A DNA stretch of 64,000 bases from Selaginella moellendorffii (taxonomy: Eukaryota; Plantae; Lycopodiophyta). The notes under the pieces were generated by a model, which was not told the origin of the DNA, searched no databases, and saw only the letters and a program-made list of their open reading frames with translations. Location: positions 55,144 to 119,143 of the forward strand of contig NW_003314272.1 in assembly GCF_000143415.4 (NCBI RefSeq), written 5' to 3'. Each line of letters begins with the position of its first letter. Positions within the stretch are counted from its first letter, which is position 1. Of this stretch, positions 10,853 to 23,129 are shown piece after piece. A program made the translations under genes and the position numbers.

Positions 10853-13800
10853 TCTTGCAAGTTATACATAAAAGATTTTGATTAGAATTCTTTTTATAAT
10901 TTTAAATTTCTGTAATAGCTTCCTATACAGTGATAATAATTGCAACAATATGGGATATGAGGGACTATCTGCTTATATTACTTTTGTTACCAATAAAAGA
11001 AAGGGTATATACACAGACAATGTTCCATTGTCATAAAAAGTATTTGTGGATATTGATGATCTCCAAGGTATAACTATCAATCTCTACACTAAAATGACAA
11101 TTATGAATTTCAGACAAAGATGTGAAAGATACATATCATCACTACTAGATGATGAAAAGAAACAACTAATTCTCTAGGATTCATGTCACCTATATAATAG
11201 ATGTCCTATCTATTCCAGCAGAGCTGGATTTCCTGCTAGTATTAATAACAATTTTTTCATAAACTAATATTACTTTTATTCTATAAATTCTATTCTACAA
11301 CAATTCTTTCTTCATACATATGTCAAGCATATCTTCGGCATCATCGAATGGATTGTATTTGAATATTTCCTTAGCAAAGTCCGGATTAATTTGCAGCACA
11401 ATGCCTTCAAGATGGATTGGCTTCCAGTTTTCCACCCCTTGCTTTGGATGGTACTCATTCATACTATTAAGTCCTCTTGTGTTTCTATCAAATACCTTCT
11501 ATTCTTTTACTTTGTTTGGTAGGCTGTTCTTATTATACTTCTTGCCATTTAGAATCCATACTGTGAATACAGTCAATCCTGCATGTGATAGACTGTTTTT
11601 AAAAAAGAAGAAGTAGAGAACAAAGAATATAACATCCACACTTACCTAGTGTAACATTCTTTCTCCTATTGATTCTCTTGAACTATTTGACTTTGCTTAT
11701 ATATGTTGTAATCTTTCTTGAGACCCACCATCACTGCTAGTGAAGCCATATATGTATTTTGATGGTGGACACCCAAGCACATCAAGTTTTCATGCTTGAT
11801 TGTCAATTGGAAAGAATTTATCACGTACACAAGGTTTTATTAACCATCTTTTTGAATCTAAATCTAAATTACCTTCTATTTATCATGAATTCATGATGGC
11901 ATACATGCTTAATTCCCTTTTTTCTATTTCACTTTTAGCCTTCATCCACTTCTCCATTTTTTTTGCTTCATTGCTTTTCTTTGCCATTTCCTCAAGAAAG
12001 TATTTATTAACCTAAGTGCATGTGAAAATGTTTTGAAGCTAGTCTTGTTGTAACTGTTTTTATAATAGAGAATACCTCTTTCATAAATTTAAATTCAAGG
12101 TCTTTTTATTGCTCCTTTGTGGTAACAGAACTTGAGCAACAACGGGATTGCTATGGCAGCATTTGCCTCAAAGCTTTGTGCATACTCTCGGCTATTGTTT
12201 TGAACTTGGCAAGCTACTCGGTATTGAAGATGGACTTCTTGCTTTTCTATTTTACAGTTTTATGATTAAGTTTGTTGTTGGAAGACATCTCAACAACATT
12301 GCAGCAATTTGCATTTATAATTGTGAGTTCTCATAACTGTAATGAACTTCCTTACAATTGAAAAGAATTTCTTTCATGCTTACTATGGATAAATTTTGAG
12401 TGATTTTCTTTCTTTGGACTATAGTCTAATAAATGCTAAAAAAATGCATCAGAACCCCAGAGCATGAAAGACTTAATGTTCAATGGATGCTGTGAGGAGC
12501 TTAGTCTTTTCTTGGATAACACACAAATGCTAGGTTGCTTTAGGTTTGAGCAATCTATGGCTTCCTTGTAGCTATGCTGGCTTAAGTCTTTTCGTTCTTT
12601 TTGTATGAAGCTCTGACCAAATAGAAATATGTATTTAAAGATTTTTTAGATTTTGTGCAGCAGTTTGACTACAGTAAGCATCACATTACACGAGTCTGCA
12701 CATGGATCAATAGAGTCCTGGACATAGGAAAATAGGGCATAATTTCAGTTTTTAGCGGGTATTCAGAAGCCAACTATAACCCTTTCAGGAAGTTGAGAAA
12801 CTCCATCAAGTCCTTGTGGTCGCTTCCTCACAGCATTAACGACATCCACCATGGCCTCATCACTGTCGTTGCTGCATGCTAGCTTTGTCTAGAGAAATGG
12901 AGAGCCCAGTTCTGCTACAGTGACGTTATCTTTGGGATTATCGTGAAGTGCCTTGTAATGCTATCCTGGAACAACATGCGTGACAATGTATAGTAGTAAA
13001 GAGTTGTACCTTTGCAACCGGAATGATCAGACGATAGAGCTTCCTTAAACTGGCCAAATCTGTTTGGCAGATGAAATGCAGTGGTACCAAGTTATTATTT
13101 CGAAATGCAACAAATCTCTGGTTCAAATTTCTCCTTTTGATTCTTTGTCATGATTTTCACCAAGACCGCATACTGACAATACTGAATTTTTCAGCAGTAT
13201 AAAAACCAAGAACAAGTAAACAACAATAAAATTTCTCACAATTTATTATCTGACGTTGGAGTTTTCTCTGGTCCAATGCAAGAACAGAAACTATGTAGAC
13301 AATCCTCTGAGGAGTCTTTATTACAAGGTTAATTGACCTCTGTTAAGGTCTCCATATCTATTGTTTGTGATCTTGGACTCAAGCAAGCATTCTGCATGAG
13401 CCATTCCGTCAGACAGGTTAGTGCCTTGGAGAGATGCAATATCTGTGGCATCCAACACATAGATACAGCTACTCGTGTGCATCACCATTTCCTGAGGCTT
13501 GGCTCTGGCTGCAATCCTGTCTCAGAAGAAGGCATGGCATTGCTTCAGGCAGTGCAAGATGCTGTTCTGTCCAAACAAGATGGCTTCTTTGAGAGCACAC
13601 TTAGCACGATTAGCAGCATGACACTAGAGAGCTGATGACAATGCCAATGAGTACCACAGTGGTTGTAGTGAGGACGAGGGCAATGCTTTCAGCTGGAAGA
13701 CCACCCCAAAACATGTCTTTTGATCAAGACAGTCGTGTTTGTTCTGATAGGATCCAACACCAATAGTGCTCCCGCTGGTGGTGGTGGTGCTGCTGGAGGT

Positions 13801-14559
13801 GATGATTTGGGAGCTTGAGAAGGAGAGAATTTGCACAGGAACTATTGGTGATCAAGCAGCAACTGACAATATGGTGAACAAACACTGGAGCAAGTATCTT
13901 CTTTCTTCTGTAGTAAAGAGCCAGATAATGAAGTTTTTTCTATATATATTTATTTTTGTTCTAGAATTTGCAAAAAGCATTGTTTAGCCCTACATAGAGA
14001 AAGAATAGAGCTAGTATTTATGTGTTTGTATAAGCAAAGATTCTTCTAGCATTGTCTAATTTTATGTATCATTGCAACAATCTGTTCATCTTCACATTTT
14101 ATCTTACAAATGTCTCCTACATTTGCTTGCTGTTTGCACAAGAATTCTTGCCATTTTGTATCATCTGAAATTTGAAACTTCTATAGTCATGGTTTATAAG
14201 TTCAAACATGAATTCACTGTTTTCCTTAAACACAAAAAAGACTTTATCACCATTTTTGCATGAAAAAGAGCACTCTATTGATCATTGAACCCAATCATGA
14301 GGAAGCTATATAAAGAAAAATTTATTCACAATTAACATGATGAGTAGTATGTGTTCGTACATGTAGCCACATATCCTGGAAAAGTGGAAGGGTCTTAAAA
14401 TGAATGCTGTTTCCATTTTTTTAACCTAAACTTCAGTTATGGATTACTGTGGGCACCTTCTTTTTATTCCATTTGAGCAAGTGTACAAGATTGCCACTAC
14501 CAATGGCTACAACAACACTATTTTTTCTTGCCTATCTAAACAATTCTATAGGAGGTGTA

Positions 14560-15620
14560 ATACGGAAACAAACAGGAAAAAGCGTTGTCAATGGGATTTT
14601 GCATTATGCTCACCAATAACCTTTGAAGGCCTATGTGTTGGAACATATAAGGTTTATTTTGTTCATATTCTGTTTTAATATTTAATTTTTTTTTCAATGC
14701 AGAAGGCTTACAAGAGCTGGTATATGACATTTCGAAGATACAACTTTGACATTGTTGTGCAAACCAGGAATATTGTCACTCAATTGAAATCCTTTATACA
14801 TCTCAAGGCACATGAATCTTTCCCAACAATATTGGGAAGAATGCCAAACCAAATATTAGACAAAGCTGAAAGCGAGTTATATGTGCCATTTCCACAGTCA
14901 GTGAGGTGTTTCTTACTATCGATGAATGGACAGTGTAGTCATTCTATTTTTGAGGGTCTTATAAATCAGGAATATAGAGGTTTGATTGGGTGTTACTGGA
15001 TAAACAACACGTTTATGTGTTAAAAAATGCTGCATATTTAGGAGATTTGTTCCTTAATTTTAAAATTGCACACACATTGGTTTTGAATTAAGAATGATTC
15101 CATTCAAAAGTTCATTAAATAATAAAAAGTTATATTTTATCAATATTTCTTCAGGAGACATTTTTATTAGCTCCAAGAATTTTTGGAACAATGGTGAAGT
15201 TATGTCTTGCACTCCTCCAATAGTTAGAAGACATATATCTCTGATATAGTGGTTGAAAAATCTATTAATGAACCTACATAAAGCATCATTTTGTTTTGTT
15301 AAAACCCTATTAAAGCAATTTTACAGGGTCATCTAAGACATTTAAAAAATTACCATGTATGGTGATTATTTAAAAAGATCCTTTTTTGTTACTGATTATC
15401 TTTTGTTTCTCTATTTGCTTAGCATGGTTGCATGCCAGTTCTAGAATTCTTGTCCTTCAGTGGAGATCCAAGCTTTACATATATAACATTTGTGTGTATG
15501 GAACTTCAATTCATGGAACAACTTGATTGTGTCAAGCTTTTTGTATCTACAAATGAAAGTGAAGACCAAGACATATTAATTCATCAATATAACCTGTGGT
15601 GTAATCTCCAAGAGGTAAGA
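14560..15620 (+). pseudogene. SKIP16-like F-box (SMI1/KNR4 + ApaG) fragment
   Basis: KAYKSWYMTFRRY..LKSFI..ILDKAESELYVPFPQSVRCFLLSMNGQ..GLIGCY resembles the SKIP16 SMI1 region. Stops occur downstream. Confidence 0.6.
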
Positions 15621-17169
15621 TTATATGTTTTAGAGTTGAGAGATTAACAACTTCCATTTTGTAGCAGGATGGAATGACATACATTGTTATGATAAAGAAA
15701 TTTACTCTAGATGTGCCTATTTGCTACCTGTGGTTGGAAAGCATTAGCACCACTTATACTTTGAGAGCAAAGCATTTTGGAGTTTCATTTTTTGACTATC
15801 TATATTGATATTAATGTTTTCTCTGAAAGGAAGATATTACAAGACTTTAAAATGTTTAGAACTAAACTTTAATGAATTATCTATCTCAATAAGATGTGAG
15901 GTGTTCATCTAAAATATGCATTAACTTTCTATGATCCTTGTTGTACTTCTGAAGAGCGCTATGAACATGGGCAACTCAATAATCCTCTTGAGCCCATAGA
16001 GCACATAGCCACCATTAATACTCCAAAGTTCAATTCTACTACAAGATCCCATAAATCCCCTAGCATAACCATAATTCACATGCTTTAATAAATCTCTTAT
16101 ACAACAAAAACAATGACATGGTTTAGACTCTGTCCAAAACAATCTCAAATCCTTAATTTGTTTTGAAAAAGAACAAAAGTAACCCAAGTGAACAATTTCG
16201 GTCACTATGTCAATGATAGATATGGGCATAGAGTGACATGTTTCAGAATAATAGATGTCATTTTTTAAGACTTTTTTCATTCACATCAATATCTAGTGGT
16301 GTAATAGCAAGCAAGAGATTAAACAATAACATGGCAAAGATCAATTTTAAATCATTCATGGAAAAATTAATGTGTATACAACACCATTATTTAATGAATG
16401 GTAATTTTTAACATTGAATGAATTAAAAACTCATTCAGAATAATATAGCTCACTGACTGATTAGAGCAATTGAAGTAGGGGACATGTTGTGGAACACTTT
16501 GATCATAATTAATGTCGGGGTTCATTTATTGAGAATTCTATTAGCCATTTTATCTTCCAATATTTGTCTGTTTTGGAAGTTATAATGTAGAAAGTGTATT
16601 CATATTCTAGGGTTTGTAGCCATGGCATGCATGCCACATGGAGTGAGGCTTGTCAGAGAGAATTCAAAAGATGAATTTGTGCTGTGCATCATCAACATTC
16701 TTCTGCTGGAAACTAGATCATACAGGTGTATCATAGTTACTAGGCATAGACAAAATCAAAGCTGTAGTTTTGTCTCATATTATGCAAGCCATGAGAATGA
16801 AAATCATATGACCAAACACGTTTTTGAAGTTCACATACTACGCATTTTATGCAAACAATGGAAAAGAGTATGCATGTGGTTTTTTCAATTCTATGTTTTT
16901 ACTTTTCTACAGGAATTTAACTGTTTTGGATGTAATGTATCTTCATAACAATATCTGGAGTCCAATACCAACTTACAATATTCAACCTGAATCAAGTAAA
17001 GTGAGTAAAATGTCAAAAACAATTTCAGCAATCCTTTTCATTGAATTTTTTCTTTCATTGTTAAAACAAAAGGGTGTAGGCATCTAAGCATCATGGTGGT
17101 GTAAGTATTTTTTCTTGGAACCAATTTCACAAATTTTCTGTTTTTTTTTTAAAAAATTATTGTAAATGT

Positions 17170-17880
17170 AGGAGAACGAGTCAAAGCAGCCATTAATTGC
17201 TCAAATTGCAATCACAAGCTTTACAAACCGTTCGTATAAATGGTCATTTAAGGTGAGAGTCACTCAGAAGGACACTATTAGACAACTCACTATGAAATGC
17301 ACAGGTTGGGTCTTTTAATTTTTATGTGGCTGATTCTGCAAGCAGTGAGATTCATATAGTTAGCTACAGTGAAACTGCACATGCATTGTTAGAAAAAGCT
17401 ATCCAAGGGGCTATTTATATATTTTCTGGAACATGTGGTCTTTGTTCTGCTAGTGAGCTCTACATGCCTTTTCCTGCAACTTGGGAGATACTTGGAGATA
17501 AAAAGATGAGGTTATGCCTACAGAAGATGATGAATGTATACCATGTATTGTTCTTCACCAAAAATGTATTGCTGAAATACTTGATATCGCTATAAATAGT
17601 TACATAGATCTTGTTGGTGTGGTGATATGGGTAGGATTGTAACCCCTCGTGGTGTGGAAAGTTCTAACAAAAGGGGGATGAGGACAATATGTGACAACTC
17701 TTTTCATAGCGTTGATGTTTGCTTGTGGGGTGACTATGCCAATGAAGAAGGTAGCTGACTGCTTGAAAATATATCAATTATGTGTATCAAAGATGGCTGT
17801 ATCTGTGAGTTCAACGAAAGATCAGTATCTGTTACAAATGTTTCAACCTTAGCTATTGATGCCAACTTGGATTTAAACAA
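17170..17880 (+). pseudogene. Degenerate RPA70-like OB-fold (DBD-A/DBD-B) sequence
   Basis: KWSFKVRVTQKDTIR, F*FYVADSASSEIHIV, IDLVGVVIWVG, VDVCLWGDYANEEG and IKDGCICEFNERSVS match RPA1 OB folds. Multiple stops and frameshifts. Confidence 0.75.
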
Positions 17881-19164
17881 GTTCTGAAATATTTAAAGTC
17901 CCCTCAATAGGCATGCTCCATGAGGAGTTAGATATTCGTGTAATATTTGCATTTGCATACGCATTCTGATACCAAGAATGTATCGTTTGCACTCCCTTCA
18001 GCTTAAAGTCTCAGAGCATTCAACCATATATATAGTTTATGCAAATATCAAAGAGATTAAAATTGAAGATTTCTGCTATGCTTCTTGCAAACAAATATCA
18101 AATGGAAGGACATGTGGTAAAAAAATGACAAAAGTATCCAAGAATATATAGTATTGGAGGTCATGTTCATCCGAGAGTGACAAGGTTGAATATAAATATG
18201 TTTTAAACTTGTGTTGAAGATAGCACAGCTCATGTTTGGGCCGTTGCATTTCATGATGCTGCTAAAGAAATAGTTTGTTTACCACCAATTGAATTTGAAC
18301 AACTCAAAACACTAAACATACCTTCATCAGTTACTGTTTTCTTTTCTTCCTCAACACTATGTGATTTCACTATTGTATCTAAAATAATGATAGCTTTAGT
18401 CTTTAATATGAATTTCACTACGTTTGTCATCAACTTCCATATCACAACCATTTCTTGAGGTCTCATTTACCATGTCTAAAAGGAAATGTTACAAGTAGGA
18501 AACTTTTATTATTAATTTTTGTTTGGATAACTCTTACCCTTTTCGCTTTGCTCTTTTGTAATCTCTTCTAGTCCCACTTCTTCTCTGCTTTTATAATCTA
18601 CAGGAATCATTTTACACACATTTGTAAAGCATTTCAAATTTATAATAGGCAACTGAGCTGTAAATCTCACCTGAAACTTCTTTCCGAGGGGTTCTCAAAG
18701 GTTGATGTAAATGCAACTTGCATGTTTTCTGGCTCTCACCATTTCCAAAGAGGTAGTCATTTCTTTCTAAAACCATGTATAAAAAGATAACCCTAACCAA
18801 CTTTTATCTTGCAATACTTTACTTTGTCACAAATATCTTAAATCATTTTCCTTTGTTACATTGTGCAACAAGATATTATTATTCAGCAAGCTGGGTTGTG
18901 CTGCAGCACGGAGTGCATGTGTTCTTTAGCTGTGATGTACCTACAAAGCTCAGGAGCTCACTCATTATCAAAAAGCTATGGGGTCATGCTCCGTCCAAGT
19001 TCTCTCACCTTTAAATAACAGTTGAGCAGCATTGTGGACTGTGATTAAATCCTTCTATGGGCTTTCGTTTGTTTGTGAAGTGTTCATCTGTATGCAAACT
19101 CGGGATGTAAACATCTGAAAATGAAAAGGTTGGATTTTCAATTAGTTTCAGATGATGGAAGGCC

Positions 19165-19570
19165 AAGTTTAAGGAGTTGATTCCCCAGATAAATCTCTGC
19201 ACCAGGACCCAGTGCTCATACAAAGCTGGAAGCTGGCCAACTGTATATGGCTTTAGAGTTGGTAGCAGCATGCTCAAGGCTGGATGGTTGCTGGTGAATT
19301 CTTGTAGACTTTCACATAGCATGCTAGGTAACTGTAGAGCAGCAAGGAAAGAACATTCAAGAACTTACTTTGTGAGGAATCATATAATCTGGGAAACCTT
19401 CCGCTCGAAGTTCCTTGAGGATCTGAAGAAAGAAACATTTAGACCGTGAAAGAATACAAGAGATTCCTTACTCACCCTGCCATAAGCCAACGTGTCTGCT
19501 TGGGGGAAAAAAGTGCATAAATTCTTGCCAAACCAGATGCAAAATTCTGAATGGTTAACTACACCAGGTA
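19165..19570 (-). pseudogene. Cytosolic glucose-6-phosphate isomerase C-terminal fragment, copy 2
   Basis: Direct duplicate of 9586-10010 ([35 protein letters not shown]). Confidence 0.85.
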
Positions 19571-20232
19571 AAGCTGGCAAACCTGGTAAGCTGTAGAATA
19601 CACAAATTGGAATCAAAGCTGTAAGTCTCATTAGCAACCTATAAAACAAACATGCTAAGAGAAAGAAAAATAAATAAAGAAATATATTGAACAATTACAA
19701 CTACAACTACATCTTTTCAAATTGAAAAATTCTCTACTACTCCCAGCAGAACTGATATCCCTGCTAGTATATCATATGAAACTCATCCAGATAAAAAAAA
19801 GAAGAAAAACAGACTGAGCAGAAATGCAGAAGCCTTTCAAGATCCTACTCTTTATTTTGTAGGAAATTCAGCATCTGGCTCTCCAAGTTTGCAGCATGCC
19901 GGGACTGCATTGCAACGTGTTGGGATTTCTCCTATCCAGTGCTTCAATTCAATGATTGCTGATTTTGTATGGTGATTCCAGGGCAGCAGTAGGGAAGATG
20001 ATGATGGAGAGAACAAGGAGAGAATCAAGGGAAGAGCCAGCAAGCTGGGGACAAGATGTGTGCAAGTATGCACAGATTTTGAGGAGGTTTAAAAGGTAGT
20101 GGATCTACTCAAACTACAAGTGATAGACACTGCTTGATTCTTATTATAACGAGACTTATAACATTAACATTAGCAGAAACTGGCTCATGGCTCCAAGCTT
20201 GAACCCGATGTATCTGGTGATGGCAGTGCCGG

Positions 20233-20415
20233 ATGCGGAGAAGCATGTGCAACTCCAGTGAGGTTCTCATCACTGTCAACTTCCAGAAAGCTCGCAAGGA
20301 CAGAAGCATCAAGTTCTACACGTCAGAGAATGGCTTGATCTTCAGCAGTGGCTCCATACTGGTCAAGTACTTCAAGCAGTTGGTGGAGCTGCCAAGCAAC
20401 AAAGTGCTGCTCTAG
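20233..20415 (+). pseudogene. tRNA 2'-phosphotransferase (Tpt1/KptA) C-terminal fragment
   Basis: EVLITVNFQKARKDRSIKFYTSENGLIFSSGSILVKYF resembles the Tpt1 motif IxFYxSxNxVxL...IPxxYF. Confidence 0.6.
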
Positions 20416-20645
20416 CTCCGGCCAAGGGGCCTCTGTTCTTGAGAGTAGTTAGATCTTTTCTCAAGTCTTGGAACGAATCTATAAGAAAGTTTTCTAGATA
20501 TTTAATCAATCAGTCCTTTTTTGGCTTCCAAAAAAACAAAACATAAGAGAAAACACGTCCTCATACCATAAGCTACTCTTCCTTTGCAATTGTCCCCTTC
20601 TCGCACCATCCAAGAACTTTCTGATGTCCTTGTTCTTCACATGGC

Positions 20646-21106
20646 ATTTCTGGCAGCAAAAAAAGAAGAAACATCACCACGAGATAGATCTAAAAAACTC
20701 ATCTCATACCTGTTGATGAGAGCAGCAAACCTCATGGCTTGCAACCGTGGTGAAATGCCAAAATACGTAATTTCTGGGAGCAAAAAATGAAGAAACATCA
20801 CCATGAGATAGATCTTAAAAACTCATCTCATACCTGTTGATGAGAGCAGCGAACCTCATGGCATGCAACCGTGGTGAAATGCCAAAATACATAATTTCTG
20901 GCAGCAAAAAAAGAAGAAACATCACCATGAGATAGATCAAAAAAACTCATCTCATACCTATTGAGAGAGCAGCAAACCTCATGGCGTGCAACCATGGTGA
21001 AATGCCAAAATATGTAATTTCTGGCAGCAAAAAAAGAAGAAACATCACTATGAGATAGATCTAAAAAACTCATCTCATACATGTTGATGAGAGCAGCGAA
21101 CCTCAT
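20646..21106 (+). repeat. Tandem repeat, ~3.7 x 124 bp, moderately diverged
   Basis: ATTTCTGG recurs at 20646, 20770, 20894 and 21017. Confidence 0.9.
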
Positions 21107-21149
21107 AATATATAGCATAACCACTATGAAAATACAAAACACTTGGGAA

Positions 21150-23050
21150 AGAAAACCATAGAATAAAAAGGAAAGCTCATAAAAATAGGAGTTTTAAATA
21201 TTAAAAGACTGGTTTATATAAGCTTCTCAAGTGCTTTAAGCTAAAAAGCAGTATAAGAGCTCCTAATTAAATATCCAGATTAAAAAGATTAAAGTTGAAA
21301 AAAAACCATGCCTCATCTGGATTATAATTAGGTGATATCATGCTAGTAAGTTATATATGGAAGTTATGATTTCAAGAAAATTAAAAAATTTATTAATTTT
21401 CTATAAGATTGTCTATAGCCAAAAAAATTGAAATCATATATAGCTAAAAATCTACAAAATTCCAATTTAAACCTATATTACTATTAAATGATTCAACACT
21501 ACTTACTATCCAGTAATTATATAAAGAAGAACATGATTACAAATTAACATAGATTATAAAATATTAATGTTCTAAATATAACATGGATCTAATACATTAC
21601 TATGTACACATTAATATTATTATTTTTGTATATGATATAATATTCAATGGCATATAAAAATATTATAATATATAAATATTTTTTATGCTTTTATTTTAAA
21701 CAAAAATATTGTTGTATTAAGCTAATCATTTGTAAGAAAAATTTTGATACTTTTTTATTTACATGAATTAGAAACTACATTGTAGATACCTAAAGATTAA
21801 AGAACATAGAAAAATTTTAAAATTTTAAATTAGATCATATATTACTATATAAAAGAAATATATATTGATATTATTATATGTTTCAATATATAATACAATT
21901 TATTACTTAAATATTATAAATAGCTACTAATATTCTATTTTAAAATTTTTTAAATATATTTAAATTTATGATATATATTAATTTTACAATGAATTTTTTA
22001 TTAAACTCTACTATTTAAGGCTAAACATAATTTGTAATACTAATTATACTTAAAATATCCTCCAAAAACAATAACAATTTTTTATTTTTTACAAATATGT
22101 GCATATTTTATATATTTATCATCAAGGTTTTCTCTAAATAGAAAAAATAAAGCAGTTTGTCATATAATTACTAATTTATATTTCAAAATAGTAGCTTTCT
22201 TGATTCAAATACTCCATTATCTAGTTTTTAGCTAAGAAATGTGTATACTTTAAATATTATTATTTTGTAATATTCAAATTTACTATATGGTGATGGCTTA
22301 TATATTTGTCATTTTGTAAAACCCATCTATAACACTTTCATTCTATAACCATTATATACATCCTTTGGAGCTTAAAAGTGAAAATTCTAAAGAACACACT
22401 TTGTTTCAAAGTCCCAAATGAATATATATATAAATCATGTAATTTTTTATAAAACTGAACTAAAATATAATATTAATATAAAATAATTATATTTTAATAA
22501 TTTTTAATTAAATATAGAAAGAAACATAATGTAAAGTTTTGAGGAATTTCTTTCATAGTGGCTTTGATGTTCTTCTGATTTGTAAAAAAGCCATAAATTA
22601 TAGTTATTTTAAATGTTTGTGGTTATTAGTAAATTCCTTAGCATTTTTTTAATGTAATTTTATATAAATATTTCATTATTTATTATTCTAAACTATATTT
22701 TTATTTATCTTTAAGTGCTACAATAATGATATACTGTAATGTTGCAATAATATTAGAAATTTTTTTTTGATTTTTGATTTTTTTATTTTTTCATTATTTT
22801 CTTGTTTAAAAATTTAATTTGTTTCATCATATCTTTGAAATTTCATTGAACTTTCTTTTTAATTATGATCTTAAATTTTCTATAAATTTGCTATATACTA
22901 ATTTTGCACCAATTTGCCATTTATATTTTTAGTATTGTGAATATTCATGTGAGTTTTAAATGACTAGATAATGATGATTAGCATACCTCTTTCTATTTAT
23001 CCTAAGACCTTAGCAATGTACTAATAAAGAAAGCTTAACATGATTAATTT
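21150..23050. other. Extremely AT-rich non-coding tract
   Basis: About 1.9 kb with very few G/C bases and no ORF of 60 aa or more in the ORF track. Confidence 0.85.
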
Positions 23051-23057
23051 AATCACA

Positions 23058-23129
23058 AGAGGTGCTGGTACCATCTAGAGGTGCTGGTTTCGATCTAGAG
23101 GTGCTTTTAGAGGTGCTGGTACCATCTAG
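23058..23129 (+). repeat. Short imperfect tandem repeat (AGAGGTGCTGGTACCATCT-like x4)
   Basis: Seen directly in the sequence. Confidence 0.85.

Noticed and set aside
11250-13900. Stop-riddled coding-like sequence, possibly a transposase remnant
   Set aside because: I could not identify any DDE, RT or RepHel motif, so it is left unannotated.
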